Positions 1 through 14,530 of a stretch of DNA of 64,000 nt are shown here, one piece after another; within the stretch, counting starts at the first letter, position 1; every line of letters starts with the position of its first letter. The translations under genes were made by a program, and so were the position numbers. Source of the DNA: Eledone cirrhosa (lineage: Eukaryota); the NCBI GenBank assembly GCA_964016885.1, contig OZ024740.1, forward strand, positions 222,456,001-222,520,000, in the 5' to 3' direction. The notes under the pieces were generated by a model that saw nothing but the letters and a program-made list of their open reading frames with translations, had not been told where the DNA came from and did not search any database.

Positions 1-140
1 TCATCTGCTATTTCCTTAACAAAATTGGAAAAACAGCAGCGCACCTAAGAAAGGAGCCTGTGAAGTAGAGTGGTTATTGTAGTGGGTCTCACTGGCCATG
101 CTCCATGGCAAGGCTACCGTTATTTTGTCTGCTAGATGCA
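1..140 (+). mobile_element. 3' fragment of a CRE-like (RLE endonuclease) non-LTR retrotransposon, degenerate
   Basis: Translates across a frameshift as FLNKIGKTAAHLRKEP..EWLL*WVSLAMLHGKA. This matches the relic at 48637-48828 (LHHKIGTSAACLRKEPHKVGWLLQ) and resembles the CRE-clade C-terminus. Confidence 0.5.
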
Positions 141-477
141 GCTAGAGAGACACCAATCACACTGGGGTGTAGATTCTGTTGGTCCCTCATCTTTTCCCTT
201 CCGTTCATTGTTTAATTTCTTCTTTCATTATCTTTCTTTTCTTTTTCTTCTATTCTTCATTTCCTTATTGCTGTATGTAAATATTTCTGTAAATAAATAT
301 ATTAAAGATAAATATATATGTAAATGGACTACTCAGCTGAATTGCATGTTAATTCAATGAATAGGTTATTCTGTTGATCAAATAATTGAACATTCATATT
401 TCATTCTAAGCAGGAGAGTTCATGAGAGTGTGTCTATGTCTATTAATATACATGTCCATATCTATGCATTAACCCTT

Positions 478-600
478 AGCTTTGACTTTCATCATTACTG
501 GGTCAATAAAATAAAGTACCGTTATGTACTGGGGGTAAATTAAATCGAATTTCTCCTCCCTCAAAATCGTTGGCTTTGTGACTGAATCAAAACCATTATC
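478..600 (+). mobile_element. degenerate fragment of SINE family A
   Basis: tttgactttcatc...gtcaataaaataaagtacc...gtactggggg resembles the body of the SINE copies at 41741 and 62676. Confidence 0.55.
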
Positions 601-3600
601 ATGTTTTTAATGAAAAATATTGCATACGATTTTTAAATAATTTTTAAAATAATAAAAATTGGAAATATTTAGTAAAATAACTTTCTCATAATTAATCTGC
701 TTTGAAGCCTAACTTCACAGATGTGTTCTTACTTGAAATTATGATGGCAGGCTTTTAGGCAAATATGAACACTTTAAAATAAACAAGACAGTTTCAGGTG
801 ATTTAGTATCAAAATAGTTGGTTTTAGAATATAAATCATATTTTCTAGTGACAAACTAAAATTTAACAGTATTCATATTTTTGAAATATTAAGGTGGAAC
901 TAATTTGAAGTTAAAAAAAGCAAAGTTTGTTCAACTTTACTTTAGTTCATGAATAATAGTGAAGATGGTGACATTAGTAACACAATCAGCATGGTATTCA
1001 TACTTTTGAAGAAGATTCTCTTGCTGATTATATTTTCAATTAATTCTTTTGTAGCATACCAAAATGTAATAGTCTCATTAGCTGAAATATTTTGAAAATT
1101 GACTATAGTTTATACTATTCTTATTCTCAAAGTTTCATAGGTCAATATAATTATGCTATATTCATAACAAATTATCTTTCTACTATACCAATGCATTTAT
1201 TATCTACTAAATTTCACTCAGGTTTACAGTAATATACAACCAAATATTAATACAAATGTAGATAATCTATGATGTTATATGACATCATACAATTTACTAT
1301 TAACATATCAACTTAGTTTAGTTATATCTAGAAACATTTATTTCAATTTTGTCAGTCTGAGCTATGAATGTTACAGACAGCATCATAAATATTACTTAAT
1401 CTTTCTTTCGTTTCATAAGTGTCTACAGAAAATGATGTCACATTCAGTTTATAGTAGATTTATGTGTCTTATTGAATAATATACCTGATTTTCATCCTAA
1501 TTATTTTACTATAGTTTCAAGAAAATTAATTTCACAGTTTACCCTGTGATATCAGAAAATATAGAGTGCATATCATGTAGTGCTTCAACCAGCCACATAA
1601 ACAATTTACTGCCATTAAAGACAGCCGGTAGAATTCAATCTAAGAAAAATACTTTGGTTCAGTCATCATCATCATCATAGCTGTCACTTTTACATTGGCA
1701 TTTTATCCATGCTAATATGGATCGGATAGGATATTTTTGAAGCAGTATTTTACAAACACTTCCTTAATTTTTAAAGTAAGGTACTAATTTTCATGTCAAA
1801 CCACTAAGGTCGCACAGCTTTTGTCCATGTAGGTCATGAACCTCACTGCTAGTCATATCAAATACAAAGCAGAGGCACAGACAAACACACACATGGATGC
1901 ACATATATATTCATAAACAAACATCGACAGAGACCCCCAGACACAAACACACACACATACACACTCTCTCTTTATCTCTCTCTCATGCATACACACCTAT
2001 GTATGTGTGAGGGGGTGAGTGTGTGTAGGTAAAACAAGTAGAGTGAGATTTGGCAGTGGGCCTGGTGTTGGAGTTGCAGTCATCAGTGAACATCTGTCTA
2101 TTGTTATTATTCATGTCATGACAGAGAAGTTTAGGACTGGTATTAAAGAAAACTCTTGTGTACACATGATCTAGTCCTTATAGCAGAATCTGTGTGATGT
2201 GTGTGTGTGTGTGTGGGGGGGGGGGGTCTGCAAAATTGTAGGGCATGAAGGAGGAATCTGCTATTGAGAGACCTGAAACAAAGCTTGTGGGATGGAGATC
2301 AGGATACTGATAGTGTCAAAGAGGTGGCTTTGTTCCCTATCTCAATGAATATTGAACAGAAGTTCCAAAAGGTGCACACAGTATGACCTATGGACACACA
2401 GGCAGGTTGACAGAGAAGATAGACTTTGTGCATAGTGGATACGCACAGGAAATATATTGCCTCAATTAACTAGGAAACTTTCTAGTAGTTATTGATACCT
2501 TTTGTTGACCCAGTGACCTAGATTTCAGTGGTTATGGGAGACCTAAAATTGTGGCAACCTGAGTGGTAGGCTGGAGGATGTTTAGGTTGACAGTACCTCT
2601 GCTAAACCCGAAAACTTCTTTCTTGGAGTGATGGGCATACTGTATGATGTCTGCATATGTGTAGTAATCCTGCATAGAACCTGAAAGGGTGGAAGGGGTG
2701 GGAACAAGTATGCTATTTAGTCAAATTCATAACTGACAACCTCACTAGTGTCGGTGCCATGATGGGGTGCACCCAATAAAGTTGTGCGCCAGTTGGTGTT
2801 GGGCAGGGCTTATAGCAGTAGAAACCTTACCAATGTAGTTTCGAGTAGAATCTTCAGTTATGACGCATCAACCTCTTTAGTATTAGTGCTATCAAAAATG
2901 TACCTAAAATGTACCTAATACACCCTGTAATAACCTGGCTAGTGATAGAAAGGGCTGTAAGGGTTCTTCAGTTGTGTTAAGGACACAATTAGGTAACGGG
3001 CTAGAATACACCTAGTACAATCTGTAAAGGGGTTGGTGATAGGAGGTGCTTCCAGCCCTAGACAACATGCCACACAAAGAGCATAGAGGACTCTTCAATT
3101 GTATCAAAGGCATGGCAACCTGCCCAAACATTGATGATAGAGAAGACAGATGGTAAATCATGATGATGATTATGATGTTGATGGTACATACACAGAGACA
3201 CGTAGACACACACATACACATAAACACATCCACACACACACATATATATATATGTGCATGCATTTATAGCATATATAACAGGCTCCATAGAATTTTCATC
3301 TACCAATTTCATTCAAAAACATTGATCAATCTTGCGAGACGTTTGCCTTCAATACCATGTAGTAGGATAGAACCTGAACCTAAGATGCCATTGTTGCAAA
3401 GCAAATCTTTTAACAGCAGAGCCATGTCATACTATTTCACATTTTTAATGTTTATATTTAGAAACAAAATAAAAACAAGCAGTGCAACACTAGAAGTAAA
3501 TATGGGGAGAGACCAAAGACTATAGTGTAAAGCAATGAAACTGCAGGGAGACAATATAATATTTGAAAAGACACTTCACTCAGGCCTAGCATGTGCTAGT

Positions 3601-5722
3601 ACCACTACAAATGCACCTAGTACACCATGTAAAGTACGTGTTTTTGTTGACTACCATGATAACATTTTCCTAGTCCAGTCTCTAAAGGAGTAGTACAGTT
3701 GTCATGATAAAATGCTCACAGTACAACATGTAATTTAGTTAGTATCTAAGTGTAGAAACCATGCAAAATATGGAACATAGCAAGCAAGATAAGTTACTCT
3801 CATCCCTAACGAACCTGAACACTCATCCAATCGAAGCAAATCTGCAAAGAGGGAGTAAATGGGGAGGTAGATGATGACTAATGGGAAACAAACACACACA
3901 AAAAATAGATGAATGTGAAACAATTTCTGTAGCTTTCAGATATTGTAGTCTCTTCATATAATCATCTTTTACTTTTAATATCAAATTCTACACTTCGGTT
4001 TTAATCCTAGAAGAATACCTCATTCCTTTCATTGCTACATTTCTGCCTATGATGTTGAAATAATTTTCAAAATAATCTAGAATTTGTAGAGATTTTATAG
4101 AATAACTTTCTCATTATATGTCTGGTGTTTGGAACAAAAATTATGACAAAATGCTTTTAGATAAATATAAACATTTCAAAATAAATAGCTTTCTATCATA
4201 GAACCAAGAGCAGTTTATCAGCTTATAATGTCTTAACCTCACTCTGAAGCCAGACATTTTAGATCTACCAAAAGTTAAATATAAAGTAAATTACAGCATT
4301 TGTGTGCTAAGCTATGTGTCATAAATAGTTAAATACATCTAAATATGACTTAAAATAGCTAGAATAATGCCAGGTGGTGGTGTTAAACTGAACAACAGAA
4401 GTGAAAGTGGGATTTAAATTCAGAACACAAAGCACTGGAGCAAATACCTCCAGTCATCTTATCTGGTGTCTTAACAACTCCACAAGATCAATACTCTGGA
4501 CTGACACTTTATTTTATAAACCGAGAAAAAAATGAGCAGCAAAGTTGACAATGGTGAAATTTGAAATCAGAGAGAAGATGTTTAGAACAAATACAAGACA
4601 TTTATTCCAATATTTCAATGAGCCTGCTAATTTGCCACTGAATGAAAGTAATCATGTATAACATCAATAAGATTAAAACAGGAAATGATACTTAAAAAAA
4701 AAAGAACATGCATTTCACCAGTAGAAACAGATAACTCATGCGCAAAGTAAGGAAGCCTGAATGATTTCAATTAGCATGTAAGAAAAAGAAATTGATTTTA
4801 TTTTGTTATCTGCTTTACATAAACATATTATGTCAACTATATTTTACAAACAGAATTTATACAATGATGGAAATAGGAAAGAAAAAAAACAATAAAAACA
4901 AAATTGAGTAATGAAAAATATCAGATCTGGTTGTATAGGAAAGTAGAGGAAAGATTATAAATATTATAAATGAGAGGAAAAGGAGGGAAAGAGCAAGGAT
5001 TATTAGGCCACAGAAGCAGAAACTGTGGCAGGCTCTGCAATAGCAGCTAAATGTCTCTCAACTCACATTTTCCATGTTTGATAATGTCATTCTGGGTCCT
5101 CAACACATTGTTAATAGACAAGATTGTCATGGCTGGAATGTCTTTTGGCATATATTAGTTTGGTCAGGGTTAACCTGGGTTAAACAACAACAAAAACAAC
5201 ATCAATGATGACATCATAAATCCCCATACTACCATAATAAGTGGAATTACCAACTTATTACTTTAGAAATATATGTAATATCTGTAAGGTATATAAGGTA
5301 ACACAAAACATAACTTTAAAATTGATATGTAATATGAACACATCACAAATTGTATGACTATGTTATATTAAATTACAGATAGCCTACAGAGTAGATTTCC
5401 TGGTCTAAAAAATCTCTTTCACACATTTATCTTTCATAAAGCTTTTACCTTAAAAATATTTGCTTATACCCCCTGGACAAGCAATACCATATAGGATGCT
5501 TTTCAGTAATGTATTTTATTACTGAGCATCTAGAAAATATGTATCTAAATACAATTGAAATAAGTTTATAATCACACACATAAACATACAGTGTATGTCA
5601 ACATCAGTTTTACATCCATTTTTCTCTGCTTGGTTTATACAACACACACACATACACACACACATATATATACGAGTGTGTATGTGTATGTGTGTGCATG
5701 TACACAGTATGGAAAAACAGAC

Positions 5723-5767
<45 letters not shown>

Positions 5768-5821
5768 CACACACACACATATAAATATATATATATATAT
5801 ATATATACTCTTGTATATGTT

Positions 5822-8500
5822 TAGATCAGGGGAGCACTCTAGTCAGATAGATTTTATCCTCATCAGAGGACGTGACAGATAGACGGTCGTAAACACAAAA
5901 ATCCTTCCCAGGTGAGGAATGTACATCCCAACATAGCTTAGTTGTCAGCGACCTCACGGTCAGAACTAGATGAACCTGGCAACAGAAGCTAACCTGGAGA
6001 AGAAATATCTGGAAGCTGAAAGACCCCTCAGTCAGTAACAGATTTAAAGATATTTTACTCAACGCCTATGACAGTAAAGAAGAACAGATACAGACATTCA
6101 ATGTAGAAGAGAACTGGGAGTTCCTAAAAAATAACTTACTAGAGGCGATGGATGAGGTCTGTGGCTGGAGTAAGACCTCAAGCAGGAGGAGAGTGACTTG
6201 GTGGTGGAACAATAAGGTAGATGTGGCAGTTAAGGCCAAGAGACAGGCATGGAAAGAATGGAAGAACGGAGGTGCAGGGTACATTACATAGAGACCAAGA
6301 GGGAAGCTAGGCGACAAGTATACTTAGCTAGGAGGGAAGCAGAGGATAGAAAATTCAAGCACGTTTTGCAACGCGAGGACCAGAAACAGGAGGTGTTCAA
6401 GATTGCGAGGCAGTGTGTCAGAGAGAGTTGTGATGTCATTGGAGAGAAGTGTATCCGGAATGATAAAGGTGAGCTTGCCCTCACAAGTGCTGAGAAGAAA
6501 GATGCATGGAAGAGTCATTATGATAGAATACTAAATGAGGAGAATCCATGAGAATACGAGACCCTACCCCAAGTAGACTCTATAGAGGGGCCAGCAGTAC
6601 AAGTCAGCAGCAACGTAGTAAGTAAGGCAATCAAAGATATGAAGATGGGGAAGGCAACCGGTCCATCGGGTATAGCTGCCGAGATGCTGAAGGCATCTGG
6701 GTCTGTAGGTCACACTATAACCACAAGATTGGTGCAGTAGCATCATTGTCAACTGCTACAAAGGTAAAGGTGATGCACTAGATAGAGGAAACTATAGAGG
6801 TATAAAGCTGATGTACCAGGTCATGAAAGTAACAGAAAGAGTTATAGCACAGTTGATTAGGGACCGGGTGAAAATAGACGAGATGCAATTTGGGTTTGTA
6901 CCAGGAAGAGGCACCACTGATGCCCTCTTCCTTGTGAGGCAGCTACAGGAAAAGTACCTAGCTAAAAGTAAGCCACTCTACTTGGCATTTGTCGACATTG
7001 AGAAAGCCTTTGACAGAGTTCCACGTGCTGTAATCTGGTGGGCTCTTAGAAAACTAGGAGTAGATGAATGGCTTGTGAAAGCGGTACAAGGCATGTATAG
7101 GGGAGCAGTCAGCAAAGTTAGGATTAGCAATGAGTATAGCGAGGAATTTAGCGTACAGGTTGGGGTCCACCAGGGCTCTGTTCTTAGCCCCCTCCTGTTC
7201 ATCATAGTCCTGCAGGCAATAACGGAGGAGTTAAGACCGGATGCCCATGGGAACTCCTGTATGCTGATGACCTCGCACTCATACCTGAATCTATGGTAGA
7301 ACTAGAGAATAAATTCCAAACTTGGAAGCAGGGACTAGAAAGAAAGGGTCTCAAAGTCAACATGACAAAGACTAAGGTCCTTGTAAGTAGATGAGAAAAC
7401 AGAACCTAGAACCCCTCAGGGAAATACCCTTGCTCAGTATGTAGGAAAGGTGTCGGTAGGAACTCCATTCTCTGCCCCAAATGCAAACAAGAGATGTAGC
7501 GGGATCTCAGGTAGCTTAATTAAGAATGTAGGCTTCACAAGCAGCAGCTGTGCTGGGACAGCAAGCGGCAAACAGCCACAGGAAACAAGTACCACCAATC
7601 TCTGGGAGGGCTCTGTAGAAACAGTAGACAGCTTCTGCTACCAAGGTGACCGAATTAGCAGCGGAGGTGGGTGTTCAGAAAGTACAATAACTAGGGTAAG
7701 AACGGGATGGAAGAAGTTTAGGGAACTACTACCACTGCTAGCTGCAAAAGGCTTCTCCCTCAGAATGAAAGGCAGACTGTATGATGCGTGTATCCGAACG
7801 GCGATGTTGCATGGTAGTGAGACCTGTGCGCTGAAGGTGGAAGACTTACGTAGATTAGCCTCCATGCTCCGATGGATGTGTAACAGTAATATACGTGAAC
7901 GACAAAGCATAAATGAATTGAGAGAGAGACTGAGCATAAGAGGAATCAAATGCTGTGTGCAGGAGAGGCGGTTGCGCTGGTATCGACATGTGATGCGTAT
8001 GAAGGATGACAGCTGCATAAAAAGGTGCAGAGCATTAGAAGGTCGATGGAAACCGCGGAGTGGGGAGACCCAAGATGAGCTGGGATGAGGTGATAAAAGC
8101 TGACCTTACCCAATCACACCTCTCAAAGGCAATGACACACGACCGTGACCTCTGGCGTCACGCAGTAATACAGAGTACCCGACCTCCCATGGGTACAAGC
8201 TGAAGCATATAGACAATATTCCCCACCCACCCCCACCGCAAGGTGATCGTGGAGGTGCCACGGCAAAAAAGCACCCAGACCACATTGTAAAGTGGACGTG
8301 TAGGCGCCACGAAAAAGCACCCAGCACTCACTGTAAATGAGGTTGGTGTTAGGAAGGGCATCCAGCAGTAGAAATCAAGCCAAATCAGTTCCTGTATGAG
8401 CAAGGTATGGTCAGCCGACCAGACACTGCCCACAACAAGACAACCCGTCTAACCCATGCTAGCGTGGAAGAACGGACGTAAAACGGTGATGATGATGATG
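5822..8500 (+). mobile_element. RTE-clade LINE, 5'-truncated, frameshifted
   Basis: End of APE domain (SQIDFIL), TWWWN, RT motifs QFGFVPGRGTTDA, AFVDIEKAFDRV, GVHQGSVLSPLLF, LYADD, C-terminal RRLRWY.HV.RM; ends in a (GAT)n tail. Confidence 0.95.
6811..7299 (+). pseudogene. RTE reverse transcriptase core fragment
   Basis: ORF track shows RT motifs; frameshift just before YADD. Confidence 0.9.
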
Positions 8501-8661
8501 AAGTTTGGTAGAAATATCCAATGGTAAGAGCACTTGCTCAATAGGACAAGTTAAGCATAATTAGTTACAACAGTGACATTATACAGGTACTTAAATTTCG
8601 TTGTGTTATACATTTAGAAGAATGGTATTAGTATAGATATTATTATAACAGTTGTTGTTGA

Positions 8662-11279
8662 CCGAATTCCTAATAACACAATAGGAAGGTACTCCCTCCA
8701 ACGTAGAGAGTCTGGATAGGCGCGCAGAGCGGCCTTTAATTGGCGGTGAAAACGTTCCACCATTCCGTTTGAAGCAGGATGATAAGATGTGGTCCGAATG
8801 CGTATAATTTTTGTCAGCTTTGAGAAGAGATGAGATTCAAATTGCCTACCACGGTCTGTGGTAATTGTGGTTGGCACCCCATAGCGGGCAATCCACTCTG
8901 ATACCAGGGCTACAAGAGCACGCGCTATCGTCTCGGCGGTAATGTCCTTTAAGTAAATGTCTTCAGGCCATCGCGGAAAACGATCAATGCAGGTTAAAAG
9001 GTAAGAATATCCACTACTGAATGGCTAAGGTCCAACGATATCGATGTGGATGTGTTGAAAACGAACATCCGGAGTACTGAAAGTACCAAGTGGAATTCGG
9101 ATGTGTCTGTGGACTTTAGATTTTTGACACTATATGCAGGAACGGCACCAGGCAGTAATTTCTCGCCTCATATTTGGCCAGAAAAATCTAGCCGTTATGA
9201 GCTTTACTGTGGCTGAAGATCCTGAGTGAGAAATGCTGTGCAAAGCATGGAACGCAATTCGACGGTGAGTCTCGGGAACATAAGGTCGTGGTGAATCCGT
9301 AGATACATCGCAGAGAATCTGCCTGTCGGTAGTCGATAAGGGCAGATATTTCAGGTTGCAAGTCGCAAATTCGGCTGATTGAGTATCCAACGATTCGAGT
9401 GCAGGTTGGTCTGCTGCCAAACGACTTAAATCTATCTCCTGGGATGACAAAATTGAGCTGATTGGCAATCGTGACAAGGCGTCTGCTGCTGTATTTAGTG
9501 AGCCAGCAATGTGCTGTATATCATTTGTAAACTGCGAAATGTAATCAAGGTGCCTTGTCTCTCTGGGCGAATATTTGTCGGCTTTAGCCCTCAAAGCGAA
9601 GGTCAGAGGTTTGTGGTCAGTGAAAACCGTAAAGTTTCTTCCCTCAAGAATATGACAAAAATGTTTCAACGACAGATATATGGCTAATAACTCCCGGCCA
9701 AACGTGCTGTAATGAGTTTCTGCCGGTTTCAGCTTCCTGGAGAAAAATGCCAAAGGTTGTTGGTTTTCAGCGTTATACTGTTGTAAAACTGCTCCCACAG
9801 CGGTATCAGATGCATCGACACAAGGCGAAAGCTTGGCCTCTGGTACTGGGTGGGCTAGCAAAGATGAATTAGCAAGTGCAGTCTGGAAATCTTTGAGTTG
9901 TCCTTGTGTCAAGGAAATATCCTCATTCTTCTTACGACGATTTTTCAAAATCTCGGTAAGGGAAGACAGTAATTTTGCACATTGAGGAACGAAACGTCTA
10001 TAAAAATTGATTAGGTCTAGGAAGTGACGCAACTGGTGAAGTGTAGTAGGTGGAGGTACATCCTGTATAGCCTTAATTCGCTGCGGAAGGGGTCGAATAC
10101 CCTCGGCGTCGATGATGTGACCTAAAAAATTCAGTGAAGTGGATCCGAAAACACATTTTGCGGGATTCACTCTAAGTGTGCGAAATAAAAGGTTCAGGTG
10201 ACGAAATAACATGTTCTTCTAGAGGATCTGGCGACGAGAAGATCATCTATATATGCATAAACGAAGTCCAGACCACGAGTTACGTCGTCTATGAACCGCT
10301 GAAAAGTGCTAGCGGCATTTCTGAGTCTGAAAGGCATGGTAAAAAACTCGAAGAATCCGAAAGGAGTCGTAATAGCTGTTTTCGGAATGTCTTCCTTCCT
10401 GACCGGAATTCGATGGTAAGCTCGCACTAAATCGAGTTTGGAGAAAATCTTACAACCCTGCAACGAAAATGCGAAATACTGGAGATGGGAAATCGGATAT
10501 CTATTCGGGACGCTCATCGCGTTTAACCTCCTATAATCCCCAGTGGGTCTCCAGTCGCCAGAAGTCTTGGGCACCATATGTAACGGTGAAGCCCAAGGAC
10601 TCGTAGATGGGCGAATAATGCCCAGCTGCAACATATGGTCGAACTGAGACCGTGTTGCCTTTTGCTTGTCCGCCGGTAAACGACGTGGACGTGAAAATAC
10701 TGGAGCACCCGTTGTGGAAATCAAATGTTCGGTTGAGTGAGTTGGCTCAGTAACTCGAAAATTTCCATCGATGAGCTCCGGAAACGATCATAACAACGAA
10801 TAGTAGGCGTTTCCAGCGGCAGCGATGAAGAATATTGGGCTGATCGTTGGAGCATTGGCTTTTCGGCCACGAATTGAGAAACCGGTGATGTCATCCATCA
10901 GACGTTGGCCTCGGACATTCACAGTCAAGGAGAAATTGTGGAGGAAATCCGCTCTTAAGATTGGGTATGGCAAGTTAGCGACCGTAAAAATCCATTTAAA
11001 ATCCCTACGAAGATTTTGGAATTTGAGGGGAAGCGAGATTTGTCCGTACGTCTTTATAGGCGAGTGGTTAACGGCTTGCAGAGTAACGGATGACTCCACG
11101 GGGGTATCCTTTAGGCAATGGACCAGCCAAATACTACAGGAGGCTCCTGTATCCTCGAGGAAGCCTCTTCCAGACAGGAGGTCTTTGATGAAGAAGTGGC
11201 GGTTTGGGAGCTTTACGCTGATGTCGACGGCCGCCCTCAGCGAAACTCTCTGGCGTTTCCCGACTTCACAAACGAACAA
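8662..11279 (-). pseudogene. Gypsy pol (protease, RT, RNase H, integrase), disrupted by frameshifts and stops
   Basis: PR FLEDTGASCS; [20 protein letters not shown]; RH DASDTAVGAVL, RELLAI, TDHKPL, ADALSR; [29 protein letters not shown]. Confidence 0.92.
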
Positions 11280-12024
11280 GGCTGCACATGGTGATTCGCT
11301 TTCTCAGCAAAATGCTCGTGGTACCAGCATAAAGATGAAGCTGGTGACCTGGGGCGGTGTCTGAAAGAGTAAAATCTACCGCGGCTGCGCGAGCGCGATC
11401 GAGCACCACGAGATGCCTTCAGCTTCTGTAGCACCAGGGTGAGTTCCAGATTGGCTTTCTGCATAACCATTATAGCTGCGCTGTCTGCATGACTTGCCGC
11501 ACAGGTGGCATGGCCAGGTGTGGCCTGAGTTGGGTGGGAAACGGTGGCAAGAGCCTCGCTGCCTCCAGCACTGGTAACCTCAAAATCTTTGTCCGCAGAG
11601 GTGGCCAGTTGGTCCACAGAACATGTATCCCTAATGGGGGCCAAAATTGCTCGAACGTTGGTCGGTAGCCGTGAGAAAAACAACTGCTTCAACAACGCAG
11701 TCTCTGCTGCCGACCTCTCTGTTAGGTCTTTCATTCGACGTAAGAGGTTCGATGGAGTGCTATCCCCGATATGCTCCAAATGGACCAGAGCTCTAAAGCA
11801 TTTCTCGGCGGACTGTGCAGTCCGGCCGAGTATCTCAGCCTTCAACGGCTGGTAAGTAGCGTCAGTCGGTGTCTCCAATACAAGATCCTTAATAATTGGG
11901 AGAAGTGCCGGAGGAAAGGCATTAAGGACGAGGGGACGTTGTTAGCCTCGAAAAATGCTTCCATTTGAGCGAACCTTAACTTCACGTCGCCCGTGCAAGT
12001 AGGGAGAATAGAATGAGATGCCAT
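11237..12024 (-). pseudogene. Gypsy gag, frameshifted
   Basis: FAQMEAFF, YQPLKAEIL, PSNLLRRM, FFSRLP, RSRSRSR and terminal CWYH..F...A....PC motif. Confidence 0.8.
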
Positions 12025-12493
12025 TGGTGCAATCTCAGTAAGCGGCCAAAATGTGTCCCCGCTAAAACAAATACCTCGAACACGATGGAAAAAGAAAATA
12101 AATCCACTTGTTTATTTGTCTGTCAAACAATCGGATAGGAAAACAAATGCATCCGAAATAATGCGTCAGGGAGCGACTAATCAAACAATGGCATTAACAA
12201 TACATTTACAGCGAACCTAAAACAAAAACTAACATGGCACACAGTTTCGCGCCAAAAAAACTGATGAAGAAGAAAGCCGCCATCTTGACATCTTCACAAA
12301 TTGGAGCAAGGGAAAGAAGGAAAAATGTATTGACATAATTGTTCTTAACAAAAAGTTCAGTTTTCTCTTCCTTATGTGATCGGTAAATGAAGCCATATCA
12401 GAATAAAAAAGCGGGTTGTTTTCTGGGGTTTTTTATAATACAATTTCGTATTTTTATTTTCGAATTTTTTTTAAAAGGAACATTTAGTTCCCT

Positions 12494-12507
12494 CGTCGGG
12501 GTCACCA
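12494..12507 (-). promoter_or_regulatory. primer binding site, tRNA-Trp type
   Basis: Minus strand TGGTGACCCCGACG, 1 nt downstream of the LTR end. Confidence 0.85.
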
Positions 12508-12508
12508 C

Positions 12509-12924
12509 TTTAGAAGAATGGTATTAGTATAGATGTTATTATAACAGTTGTTGTTGAAAGAACAAGAATGGCTTTTTGGTTTATATACAAATGTTTACTT
12601 CACTGAAGTCAAAATAGAACAATAAACATATTACCAATGAGTTACGAAAGTTGTTGATATTATCTGTGTAGTTGGTTCATGGGGCTGTTAGTGAGAGAGT
12701 TGCTCTTAACATGTTCACTGGAGTAGGTGAACTAAAAGTCGGAAAAGGCAAAGTTGTATCTTGTTTCCCTGACTGCGGGCCGTGTAAGAGAGGAAGAGGT
12801 CTCTCACTGTCCCAATGAGGACCTAACTCTAATTATTTCTCAGTTCTCGACGCTAGTGGTCCCCACAGTCCCCAAGGGACGTAACTCTCATTACTTCTGG
12901 ATTTCACCGCTAGGGGTCACTGCA
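12509..12924 (-). repeat. 5' LTR (416 bp)
   Basis: Starts TGCAG and abuts the PBS; its last 49 bp recur at 8613-8661 with one mismatch; bounded by the TSD. Confidence 0.85.
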
Positions 12925-13179
12925 TACACACCAACACATTCAATCTGTTATATAAAATAAAAATGGCCACCACAACAGATTAATTTGACGTTTTTAGAAA
13001 ATACACGAGAGTTCTTCAAGGGCAGGTCATTTCAAATTTAGCTATAAATAAATAAATCTTTCAGAAAATGTAAGGGGTTGTAACTATCAAAAGAAACTAC
13101 AAGGGGGGAACTTGTGCAAAGTTAGTAATTAAAAGCAATTACATTCCTTGAAATTACAATCCGTTGGTCTATACTGTTT

Positions 13180-14120
13180 TTTTTTCAGAAAGAATTTTGC
13201 TTCGTGTGTATAGCAACTAAAGCAGTCGAGTTGGGTATTTAAACAGTGTATCTCTGAAGCCAGTTGTGAGAGTATATTCCACTTTTCCGAGTTACATAGC
13301 TGCCAATATTTTGTTTCATTAAGATAAGGGGTGGAATTTTCTAATAGACTCTAATTAATGGAAAATGGTGTGCTGTTACTTTTGAGGTTCCACACATGTT
13401 TCCCAAGCTGGGTGGCATGTTTTTGTCAGAAAGTCTGAAGGTTGTTTTGTGGTTCAGGTATCGGCTTTTGAACTGGTTCTCGGACATTCCAACATAAGCC
13501 AAGGCTTCAGTTTGTTGGCTCTGGTTGCTGGAGGTAAACTTGTGCTTGATATATCACAGCTGGAATGTTGCACTGTTGATCTAGTGGGCATGTTTCTGGC
13601 CTTCTGCATCAGCATCCATAAGATGGATGTCGACTGCATTTGCTAGGTATATGAGCTTTAATGTTACTGGTAGAAGAGTAACCTATTTTTATTGTATGGT
13701 GATTGAATATCTGTCGGTATTTATGGCCTGAGGGAAGTGAAGATCTAGGAAGGCTAGGAATTTTCTACCTACATTGGTCTTCACATTAAGTGCAAATGGT
13801 GGTGTTAACCACATGAGATCTTTATGTTTATGTTATTTTTTTCTTTCTAGATGCAAGAGAGTGATCTGAAGAGTAACTGATTCTTTCATAGAAGCTGCTG
13901 TTGCTTAGTGTTGTGTTGTTGTAGGGTACTGCTCTATCAAAAATGGCTTTGCTAGAAGAGCAATTGGATAACCTCATACTGTAGGGGTTGGCTAGAGTCC
14001 TTATGAAAGTACCTAAGTTTCTCACTGGGTTTGTGAAATGTTCTGTATATGTGTGTACGTAGGTCTAAATTAAAGTAATTAATGTCTAGGAAGTTAACAC
14101 TAGTGAAGTTGGTAGATATT
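13180..14120 (-). mobile_element. degenerate Penelope-like element (RT thumb to GIY-YIG endonuclease)
   Basis: Minus-strand fragments VNFLDI, RLSNCSSSKAIF, W..PPFALNVKTNVGRKFL, VIYQAQV, RYLNHKTTF, QLCNSEK are colinear with the PLE at 33301-34990. Confidence 0.7.
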
Positions 14121-14170
14121 GGGAGTATAACCCAATGGAACTTAAGTACCTGTATATGTCACTGTTATAA

Positions 14171-14212
<42 letters not shown>

Positions 14213-14247
14213 CTAGACTACGTGACCCAACGGGTTATGAGTAGTCT

Positions 14248-14493
14248 AGTACAGGTAATCAAAGCGTGTATACATTTTTCGGGGACATCATATATATATA
14301 CCGGGGTCCCTAAAAATGTATACACCATTCTAATATATATATTGCTTGTACAGGTAATCAAAGTGTGTATACATTTTTCCGGGACACCATATATATATAT
14401 ATATATACCGGTGTCCCTAAAAATGTATACACCATTCTAATATATATATTGCCTGTACAGGTAATCAAAGTGTGTATACATTTTTCGGGGACA

Positions 14494-14530
<37 letters not shown>

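Larger units (their letters stand above)
8613..12924 (-). mobile_element. Ty3/Gypsy LTR retrotransposon, decayed, with a 3' deletion
   Basis: gag-PR-RT-RH-IN order on the minus strand, PBS, 5' LTR 12509-12924, 49-bp 3' LTR remnant 8613-8661, 4-bp TSD TACA at 8609-8612 and 12925-12928. Confidence 0.95.

Noticed and set aside
5519-5882. ORFs rich in Y/I/C/V/H/T (also 14586-15009, 15801-16056, 30815-31158, 32093-32600, 24278-24563, 52168-52432)
   Set aside because: Translations of (TA)n, (CA)n, (GAT)n and (TTTTCA)n microsatellites.
10825-11855. Plus-strand ORFs of 179 and 103 aa
   Set aside because: Antisense shadows of Gypsy gag/pol; the same applies to the antisense ORFs over the RTE and Penelope copies.
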